Assembly: GCF_019968905.1 (NCBI RefSeq)
Contig: NZ_CP079946.1
Location: forward strand, 5,665,356 to 5,729,355
Direction of reading: 5' to 3'
From: Corallococcus sp. EGB
Lineage (GTDB): Bacteria > Myxococcota > Myxococcia > Myxococcales > Myxococcaceae
DNA length: 64,000 nucleotides
Shown: piece after piece, positions 57,044 to 64,000 of the stretch
Layout of the letters: each line of letters starts with the position of its first letter
Position numbering within the stretch: the first letter of the stretch is position 1
Notes under the pieces: model-generated
Seen by the model: only the letters and a program-made list of their open reading frames with translations
The model's database searches: none
What the model was told of the DNA's origin: nothing
Made by a program: the position numbers and the translations under genes

Positions 57044-58687
57044 GTGTCACCGCGACCTCCTCTCGGCCCGGGCGGACCCTTGCACATCCACCAGCTGGTC
57101 ACCCGCCTGGCCTGGGGTGACGCGATTGGCAACCAGGTGCGCTACCTCCAGAGCCTGCTGCGCTCCTGGGGACACACCTCCGAAATCTACGCGGACAGCT
57201 GGGACGACGCGTGCCGGGACCAGGTGCGCCTCGCCAAGAACTACCCGCGTGAGGCCACCCGCGACTCCGTGCTGCTCGTGCACCACAGCTTCGAATCGAG
57301 GCAGGTGCCGCTCATCGCCCGGTCGCGCGGCCGCAAGCTGCTCGTCTACCACAACATCACGCCCGCGCGGCTCTTCGAGGGCTACGACCGGGGGGCGATG
57401 CTCTCCTGCGACGTCGCCCGCGTGGAGCTGCTCGCGCTGCGCCCGCACGTGGACGGCGCGTTCGCCTATTCGCGCTTCAGCGCGGAGGAGCTGGTCGCCG
57501 CGGGCTACCCGCGCGTGGACGTGCTGCCCTTCGCCATCGACTGGCATGCGTTCGACACGCCGCCGGACCCCGCGCTGATGGCGGAGCTGGACGACGGCCA
57601 CTCCAACATCCTCTTCGTGGGCCGGGCGGTGCCCAGCAAGTACGTGGACGACGTCATGCGCGTCTTCACCGCGTACCAGCGCCTGTATCAGCCGAAAAGC
57701 CGCCTGCTCATCGCGGGCAACATCCACCGCGACGCGCCCTACGGCAGCTTCCTGCACGGCCTCAAGGACGTGCTCGGCCCGGACCGCATCCGCTTCATGG
57801 GCCGCGTCAACGCCGCGCAGCTGTCCGCCTGCTTCGCCTCGGCCACCGCGTACCTGTCCATGAGCCGGCACGAGGGCTTCGGCGTGCCGCTCCTGGAGGC
57901 CATGTACCGGGACGTCCCCGTCGTCGCGTACGGCGCCGCGGCCGTCCCGGAGACGATGGGCGGCGCGGGCCTCACCACCTTCTCGCGCGAGCCCATGGAC
58001 GTGGCGCAGCTGCTCGCGGTGCTGGAGCGCGAGCCCGCGCTGCGCCAGCAGGTCCTCACCGCGCAGCGCGCCCGCGTGGCCGCGCTGTCCCAGCAGGCCG
58101 TCGCCATCCAGGTGCGCGACATCCTCCAGCGCTGGCTGGGAGGACGCGGGCCTCGCGAGACCGCGCCGCCGTCGAGCGCCTCCACCGTCGAGCTCGTCTG
58201 CCCCGGCTTCTCCGCGCGGCCGGACGCCCCCATGTCGCGGCTCGCCCGCGAGCTGCACCGTCGCCTGCCTGATTCCCGCCTCCTCGCCCTCCGGGCGCGC
58301 GGCGAGGAGCCCACCCTGTCGCTCGGTCCCCAGAGCGTCGAGGGAGCGCCCGTCTGGCACTTCACTGCGGATCAGCCCCCGGGGTCCGAGCCCGAGCCGC
58401 TCCCGGGTTCGTCGTCGCTGGAGACGGCCGTGCGCGCCTCGCCGGGCAAGGTGGTGCTCCTGGGCACGGACACCGCCGTGGCACAGGCGCTGATGACGGG
58501 CGTGGGCCGCAGGAGCTGGGGCGTGCGCGACACGGCTGTCGCCACCGACGAGGTGTCGATGGAAGCGGCGCGCCACCACCTGGGGCCGCGGCTGCTGGAG
58601 ATGAATCGCTCGGACCTGGACGGGGTGGCGGACAGACTGGTCCAGGCCCTGTCATCGAAACGAGGAGCGCGCCATGCACGCCGCTGA
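57044..58687 (+). CDS. GT4-family (GT-B fold) glycosyltransferase with a C-terminal extension
   Basis: GTG start, though a slightly later TTG at about 57080 is possible. The C-terminal half of the GT domain carries the E-x7-E-like region (SRHEGFGVPLLEAMYRDVPVVAYG). Divergent from rmlB. Confidence 0.78.
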   Translation: MSPRPPLGPGGPLHIHQLVTRLAWGDAIGNQVRYLQSLLRSWGHTSEIYADSWDDACRDQVRLAKNYPREATRDSVLLVHHSFESRQVPLIARSRGRKLLVYHNITPARLFEGYDRGAMLSCDVARVELLALRPHVDGAFAYSRFSAEELVAAGYPRVDVLPFAIDWHAFDTPPDPALMAELDDGHSNILFVGRAVPSKYVDDVMRVFTAYQRLYQPKSRLLIAGNIHRDAPYGSFLHGLKDVLGPDRIRFMGRVNAAQLSACFASATAYLSMSRHEGFGVPLLEAMYRDVPVVAYGAAAVPETMGGAGLTTFSREPMDVAQLLAVLEREPALRQQVLTAQRARVAALSQQAVAIQVRDILQRWLGGRGPRETAPPSSASTVELVCPGFSARPDAPMSRLARELHRRLPDSRLLALRARGEEPTLSLGPQSVEGAPVWHFTADQPPGSEPEPLPGSSSLETAVRASPGKVVLLGTDTAVAQALMTGVGRRSWGVRDTAVATDEVSMEAARHHLGPRLLEMNRSDLDGVADRLVQALSSKRGARHARR

Positions 58688-59129
58688 CCTGCTCACGGCC
58701 GAGCCCACCGCCCAGGCCGTGGCCGCCGCCACCGAGCGGCTCCCCCCGCCCTCCGCCACCGCGCGCGACCAGCTGCGCCGCACCCTCGCCGCATCCCAGC
58801 GCGGCCCCGTCGCGAGCCAGTGGCCCGCGCTGCTCCTGGAGGCGAGAGCCAAGGCGGACGTGCGCTACGTGGAGCCCGCGACGTCACACCGCCCCATCGT
58901 GGGTCCGGTGCTTGTGTTCGCCAAGCGAACCTTCCGCGGCGCGTTCCAGCCATTCATCAACGAAGTGCTGCGCCGTCAGGTGCACTTCAACGAAGCCATC
59001 CTGGACGCGCTCACCGTCGTCATCGAGAACCAGCGTGAGCACGCGCGCACGCAGGCCCTCTGGCGGCGTGAGATGGAGGCGCGATTGAAGCAGTTGGAAA
59101 AGGATCCATCGGGACCATCCTCGCGTTGA
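58674..59129 (+). CDS. Small hypothetical protein (151 aa) translationally coupled to the GT4 gene
   Basis: Its ATG overlaps the GT4 stop. GC3-biased. No recognisable family. Confidence 0.4.
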   Translation: MHAADLLTAEPTAQAVAAATERLPPPSATARDQLRRTLAASQRGPVASQWPALLLEARAKADVRYVEPATSHRPIVGPVLVFAKRTFRGAFQPFINEVLRRQVHFNEAILDALTVVIENQREHARTQALWRREMEARLKQLEKDPSGPSSR

Positions 59130-59317
59130 ACGGATGGCTGTCTGGTTGACGAACGGCGGCCCGAGCGGGCGTTGACGCAGGAACCTGCTCCGCGCTACAT
59201 CGGCCCTTCGCTTCGCCTGCCTCGTAATCCTGAGGGGGATGCCACGGGGAGAATCCACGGCGGCGGCGAATCGTTTCCATAGGGCCGCATCCCGCCCACG
59301 ACGCGAGTTGCCAAGGC

Positions 59318-60595
59318 ATGAAGATCGGGTTCCTCGTTGGGGACATCGCCAATATCTCGGGTGGTTCCAACGTCATCCTGGAGTACGCCTCGCGGTTGCA
59401 GGACCTTGGCCACGAGGCCGTCCTCATCACCCCGGGCCCCGTCACCCTGACGTATCCGCTCTGGCATCCCCGTCTGGCGGACCTGCCGCGCCGTTCGCTC
59501 GCGGAGGCGGAGAACGAGTCCTTCGACTTCGCGCTGGCCACGTGGTGGATCACCTTCTACGACCTGTGGCGCGTCAATGCCCGGGTGTATGGCTATCTGA
59601 ACCAGAGCCTGGAGTCGCGCTTCCACGCGGAGCGCCACTACAAGCTGCTCAACCGGCAGACGTATTCGCTGCCGCTCCTGTTCGTCACCGAGGCGAAGTG
59701 GCTGGTGGAGTTCATCCAGACGCTGCAGCCCGAAGGGCGCACGCTCTACGTGCAGAACGGCCTGTCGCGGGAGCACTTCCCCTGCGTGCAGGCGCCGCCC
59801 CAGCGCGACGGCAAGCTGCGCGTGTTGGTGGAGGGCCCCTGGGGCGTGGGCTTCAAGGGCGTGCCGGAGACGTTCGAGGTGCTGGAGCTGGCGGCGAAGG
59901 CGGGCGTCCAGTTCGAGACCGGGTGGCTGGCGTCGTCGTCCGGCGGACAGAAGCCCACGGTGGGCGGTCAGCCGGTGCAGGTGCACGAGCGCATCCCCAT
60001 CAACCAGGTGCACCAGGTCTATGGCCGGTATGACGTGCTGCTGAAGCTCTCCCGCGTGGAGGGCATGTTCGGCCCGCCGCTGGAGATGTTCTCCCAGGGC
60101 GGCACGGCCATCACGTACACCGTCACCGGCACCGACGAGTACATGGTGCACGGACAGAACTCGCTGATGGTGGAGCCGTACAACCACCGGCAGATCGTCC
60201 AGTTCCTGCGCCTGCTCAGCACGCAGCCCGCGTATCTGGCGCACCTGCGCGCGAACGCGCTCGCCACCGCGAAGGCGTTCACGGACTGGGAGTCAAGCAC
60301 GCGTCAGGTGGCCGCGGGGCTGGAGGCGCTGCACGCGGAGGGCTGGACGAACACGCACCTGCGTCCCGCGCTGGCCGCCATGTCCACCATGCATGGCCAC
60401 TGGCTGGACGACGTGTGGCGCGCGGAGCGCGGAGGCTCCTCGCCGCTGCATCCGTACGTGGGCCCCGGTGAGCAGGTGCTGCTGGAGCGCTACCGCCGGC
60501 TGAAGCAGTCCCGTCCCGTCCGCGCGCTCAAGAAGCTGGTGTCCGACGACGTCAAGAAGTCCCTCCGCGCGCGTCTCACGCGAGTCCTGTCATGA
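59318..60595 (+). CDS. Glycosyltransferase, GT-B fold (GT4/GT1-like)
   Basis: N-terminal KIGFLVGDIANISGGSNVILEYASRLQDLGHEAVLI matches the GT4 N-terminal glycine-rich motif. Confidence 0.72.
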   Translation: MKIGFLVGDIANISGGSNVILEYASRLQDLGHEAVLITPGPVTLTYPLWHPRLADLPRRSLAEAENESFDFALATWWITFYDLWRVNARVYGYLNQSLESRFHAERHYKLLNRQTYSLPLLFVTEAKWLVEFIQTLQPEGRTLYVQNGLSREHFPCVQAPPQRDGKLRVLVEGPWGVGFKGVPETFEVLELAAKAGVQFETGWLASSSGGQKPTVGGQPVQVHERIPINQVHQVYGRYDVLLKLSRVEGMFGPPLEMFSQGGTAITYTVTGTDEYMVHGQNSLMVEPYNHRQIVQFLRLLSTQPAYLAHLRANALATAKAFTDWESSTRQVAAGLEALHAEGWTNTHLRPALAAMSTMHGHWLDDVWRAERGGSSPLHPYVGPGEQVLLERYRRLKQSRPVRALKKLVSDDVKKSLRARLTRVLS

Positions 60596-61638
60596 GAGTC
60601 CATCCGCCCTCCCCCACCCTCCAGCGCGTCGCCTTCGTGGGCGAGCCGGCCTTCGAGCCGCACGTGCCCGTCCAGGCGGCATGGGCCCAGGTGCGCTTCT
60701 TCCCTGTGACGGCCGGTCAGTGGGAGCCCGCGCTCGACGCGGCGCGCGCGTGGAACCCGAACGCGACCCTCGTCTTCCGTCCGCAGGACCTCACGCTGGA
60801 GCAGGCCGCGCGAGTCCCCGGCACCATGCGCGTGGGCATCATCCCCGCGCCGCTGTTCAGCGCGGAGGACGCGGAGAAGCTCGCGCGCATGTCCGGCCCG
60901 GACGTGGACGGCTTCCGCTGGCTCACGTACCTGGAGGCGCCCACGTCGCCGGAGCTGGCGCGGCTGCCCCTCCTGCAGACGCTGCCCCTGCCGGTGGACA
61001 CCGCGCGCTGCCCCACCGGCCCCCGGCTGGAGACGCGGCGGATGCTGGTGGCGGACTGGGCCAGCCCCTCGCCGGAGGCGCTGGAGCACCTGCGCAAGCT
61101 GGGCCCGGTGGACGTGCTGTCCGCGCACGCCACGCCGGAGGAGGTGACCCAGGCGCTGGAGAAGGCCGGGACGCTCCTCTACGCGTCGCGCGACCTGATG
61201 GGCCGCTTCGATCCGCTGCCGCTCATGGCCATGGCGCACGGGTTGCTGCTGGTGGCCGACACGGTGTTCGCCGGGGACTGGAACATCGAGCCGGAGGACG
61301 AGTTCCTCTACCGGCCGGACGGCCAGTGGGCGCGCTCGCTGGATGAAGTGTTCCGGATGCCGGTGTCCTTCCGGGCGGTGCGCATCCGCGCCTGGCAGAA
61401 GATGCGCGAGGCCTACGACGCCTCGGCGTGCTTCCAGCGCGTGCTGCACGACGCCCACCTGTTCGCGGACCCCGTGGCGCACCTGGCGTCGCTGACGTCC
61501 GCGCGTCCCCCGGTGGACATGCCCGTGGCGGTGGAGTCCTCCGCCGTGCGCGCTCCGGAGCCTTCCTCCGCCCCGGAGCCCCTGGGCGCGGAGAAGGTCC
61601 AGCGTCTGTCCCGCGCCCGCGCGGCCGTCCCCAACTAG
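60592..61638 (+). CDS. Hypothetical protein; its C-terminal half resembles a degenerate GT-B C-terminal domain
   Basis: ATGA overlap with the upstream GT. No N-terminal GT motif. Confidence 0.55.
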   Translation: MRVHPPSPTLQRVAFVGEPAFEPHVPVQAAWAQVRFFPVTAGQWEPALDAARAWNPNATLVFRPQDLTLEQAARVPGTMRVGIIPAPLFSAEDAEKLARMSGPDVDGFRWLTYLEAPTSPELARLPLLQTLPLPVDTARCPTGPRLETRRMLVADWASPSPEALEHLRKLGPVDVLSAHATPEEVTQALEKAGTLLYASRDLMGRFDPLPLMAMAHGLLLVADTVFAGDWNIEPEDEFLYRPDGQWARSLDEVFRMPVSFRAVRIRAWQKMREAYDASACFQRVLHDAHLFADPVAHLASLTSARPPVDMPVAVESSAVRAPEPSSAPEPLGAEKVQRLSRARAAVPN

Positions 61639-61659
61639 AGCCAAGGACACCGGAAGCAG

Positions 61660-63984
61660 ATGACTGCCCGCCGTGAACCCGCAGCGGCCGCGCTGCTTCC
61701 CGCCCTGCAGCGCTGGGCGGTGGAGACCGCGCGCGACCTGTACCTGATCCAGAAGGGCGCCCCCGCCGCGACCCTGCACCCGCGCGCCACGCCCGGCGAG
61801 CGCGTGTCCATCCTCGCGTCGGAGGTCCTGCCGCTGAACGTGGTGGAGGGGCTCAGCCAGGCCTCGCGCCTGTTTCGCGCGGACGACGCGCCCCCGATTG
61901 AGTCCTCCCCCTTCGCCACGCTGCGCGAGCGGCTGCTCACCGCGACGGCGGGCTACGACGTGGTGGGCTTCGACGTCTTCAACACGCTGGTGGTGCGCAG
62001 CGTGGAGGGCGAGTGGCTCAAGACGGCCGTGGCGCGCGGATTCCACGCGCGGCTGAAGGAGCTGGTGCACCCCAAGGCCCTGCCCACGGTGGCCCAGGTG
62101 CGCCAGCGCCGCTTCGCCCTGGAGATGGAGATCGCCGGGGAGCAGGTGGCCCTGGGCCGTGACAACGAGGTGGACTTCGAGGAGCTCTTGCGGCGCTGGG
62201 CGGGCAGCTGGGTGCCGCGCGAGCCGCTGCGCTCGCGCATGGCGGAGGAGCTGCGCGCGCTGGAGCTGTCGCTGGAGAAGCGTGCGCTGCGCCCCGCGCC
62301 GGGCATCGCGGAGGTGCTGTCCGCGCTGAAGGCCCAGGGCAAGCGGCTCATCTTCGTGAGCGACATGTACCTGTCGCAGCCGCTCCTGCGTGAGCTGCTG
62401 CGGCACTGCGGGCTGGAGCAGTACTTCGACGCGGGCTACGTCTCCATCGACGAGGGGCTGCGCAAGGCATCCGGCCGGCTCTTCCCGCGCGTGCTGGAGC
62501 GCGAGGGGCTCAAGCCCGAGCAGCTCTTCTTCGTGGGCGACGACGAGAACGCGGACAACGTGCAGCCGCGCCGGCTGGGCATCGCCACCCTGCGCGTGGA
62601 CGACCCGGACGAGAAGCAGCGCCGCCGCCGGCTGGAGGCCGCCCAGAAGGCCGCGGAGCGGAACCCGTTCTGGTCCGCGCACTACGTGGACGTCGTGCTG
62701 AACAACGAGGCCCGCCACGTCCGCGCGCCGGACGACGACCCCAGCTACCAGCTGGGCCGCACGCTGGCGCCGGGCATCGTGGCCTTCGTGGTGGACGTCA
62801 TCGAGCGCTCGCAGAAGCTGGGCATCGACCACGTCTACTTCCTGGCGCGCGAGGGCCTGACGCTGCTCAAGGTCTTCGCCCTCCTGAAGGACTCCGGGGT
62901 GTTCCCGCGGATGCCCCAGGCGCACTACCTGTTCGTCAGCCGGGCCTCCACCATCCTCGCGTCCATGCGCGAGCTGAGCTGGGAGGAGGTGCACCGCTTC
63001 TGGCGCCAGTACAGCCGCCAGTCGCTGCGCGGCCTGCTCAAGAACCTGTCCCTGCCCCAGGACGAGTTCATCCGCCTGGCCGCCGAGTGCGGCCTCACGG
63101 ATCCGGACCGCCCCATCCTGGAGCCCACGACGGACGCCGCCTTCCAGCGCTTCCTCGCGTCGCGCCGCGTACGCGTGGCCTTCCACCAGCGCCGCGACGA
63201 GGCCCGCGCGCGGCTGTCCCGCTATCTGGAGTACCGCGGGTTGATGGGCCTGGAGCGCACGGCGCTCGTGGACATCGGGTGGAAGGGCAGCATGCAGGAC
63301 AACCTGCTGCGCGCCTTCGAGCACGACCCGCGCTTCCCGGAGCTGCACGGCTTCTATCTGGCGTACGTGCCGGACGGGCAGCCGCAGCCGAAGAAGTCCT
63401 TCAAGTACGGCTACCTGTCGGACCTGCGGCGGCGCGACCTGGAGGAGGCGGACTTCCTGCGCAACACCGCCATCTTCGAGATGATCACCACGGCGAACCA
63501 CGGCAGCACGGTGCGCTATGGGCAGAACCCGTGGGCGCCGCACCTGCCCATGCCGGAGCTGCTGCATCACGACCAGGAGAAGGACAACAGCGCCCGCTTC
63601 TTCCGCCGCGTGCAGGAGGGCATGTACGACTACGCGCGGGACTACGCGCGCCTGTCCCCGCTGCTGCGCTTCACCGCGGACGAGCTGCAGCCCGGCACGC
63701 TCCAGGAGCTCCTGCGCTACACGCGCTACCCCACGGCCGAGGAGGCGCGCGAGTTCCTCAAGTACTCGCACGTGGAGTCCTTCGGCGTGCACGAGGTCAC
63801 CACCTTCGGCCTGAAGCTGGAGCTGAAGAAGCTCGCGCAGGTCGGCTCGGTGAAGGGGGCCCTCAAGGAGGCCTGGAAGGCCTTCGAGACGAACCCCTGG
63901 CGCGACAGCGTGGTGCGCCGCAGCGGCGTGCCGCTGGCGAACCTGGCCTATGACGCCTGGTTCACCTGGCGGGCCATCCGGTAG
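61660..63984 (+). CDS. HAD-IA-like hydrolase domain (about 330 aa) fused to a roughly 440-aa C-terminal domain of unknown function
   Basis: HAD motif I FDVFNTLV, motif II-like LIFVSDM, and motif IV FVGDDENADN. The C-terminal domain has no recognisable motifs. Confidence 0.7.
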   Translation: MTARREPAAAALLPALQRWAVETARDLYLIQKGAPAATLHPRATPGERVSILASEVLPLNVVEGLSQASRLFRADDAPPIESSPFATLRERLLTATAGYDVVGFDVFNTLVVRSVEGEWLKTAVARGFHARLKELVHPKALPTVAQVRQRRFALEMEIAGEQVALGRDNEVDFEELLRRWAGSWVPREPLRSRMAEELRALELSLEKRALRPAPGIAEVLSALKAQGKRLIFVSDMYLSQPLLRELLRHCGLEQYFDAGYVSIDEGLRKASGRLFPRVLEREGLKPEQLFFVGDDENADNVQPRRLGIATLRVDDPDEKQRRRRLEAAQKAAERNPFWSAHYVDVVLNNEARHVRAPDDDPSYQLGRTLAPGIVAFVVDVIERSQKLGIDHVYFLAREGLTLLKVFALLKDSGVFPRMPQAHYLFVSRASTILASMRELSWEEVHRFWRQYSRQSLRGLLKNLSLPQDEFIRLAAECGLTDPDRPILEPTTDAAFQRFLASRRVRVAFHQRRDEARARLSRYLEYRGLMGLERTALVDIGWKGSMQDNLLRAFEHDPRFPELHGFYLAYVPDGQPQPKKSFKYGYLSDLRRRDLEEADFLRNTAIFEMITTANHGSTVRYGQNPWAPHLPMPELLHHDQEKDNSARFFRRVQEGMYDYARDYARLSPLLRFTADELQPGTLQELLRYTRYPTAEEAREFLKYSHVESFGVHEVTTFGLKLELKKLAQVGSVKGALKEAWKAFETNPWRDSVVRRSGVPLANLAYDAWFTWRAIR

Positions 63985-64000
63985 CGGGCCGCCGTCACCC

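Noticed and set aside
60490-63792. 1100-aa minus-strand ORF
   Set aside because: Antisense to three plus-strand glycan-locus genes. Composition artefact.

Overview
The window is a high-GC (about 70%) chromosomal segment of Myxococcales type. The assignment rests on MYXO-CTERM sorting signals, a DUF2378/TIGR02265-like family, Pkn-type Ser/Thr kinases and strong GC3 codon bias. About 48 protein-coding genes are supported and no rRNA, tRNA or CRISPR array was seen. Most of the content is housekeeping or regulatory: ppc, map, tgt, mltG, an ABC-F ATPase, a DUF3516-type DEAD/DEAH helicase, a Pat-like acetyl-CoA synthetase/GNAT protein acetyltransferase, and LysR/NmrA and LysR/YeiH pairs. A secreted and surface protein set is also present: an InhA-like M6 metalloprotease, a Kelch/HYR/MYXO-CTERM lipoprotein, an OmpA-TSP3 protein and several lipoproteins. 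A dTDP-rhamnose (rmlBDAC) polysaccharide locus sits next to glycosyltransferases and a HAD-fusion protein. The most notable region is about 42.8-52.3 kb, where third-codon-position GC is visibly lower than in the flanks. It carries a roughly 1730-aa SF1 (Upf1-like) helicase with an N-terminal DUF4011-like region and a C-terminal Vsr/DUF559-like PD-(D/E)xK nuclease, which is architecturally Hhe-like. That gene is followed 13 bp downstream by a membrane-anchored coiled-coil protein ending in a T5orf172 (GIY-YIG-like) domain, and then by a short degraded ORF. This looks like a horizontally acquired, possibly undescribed two-gene defense module. The long Arg/Ala/Pro-rich ORFs antisense to real genes are GC artefacts and were not annotated.
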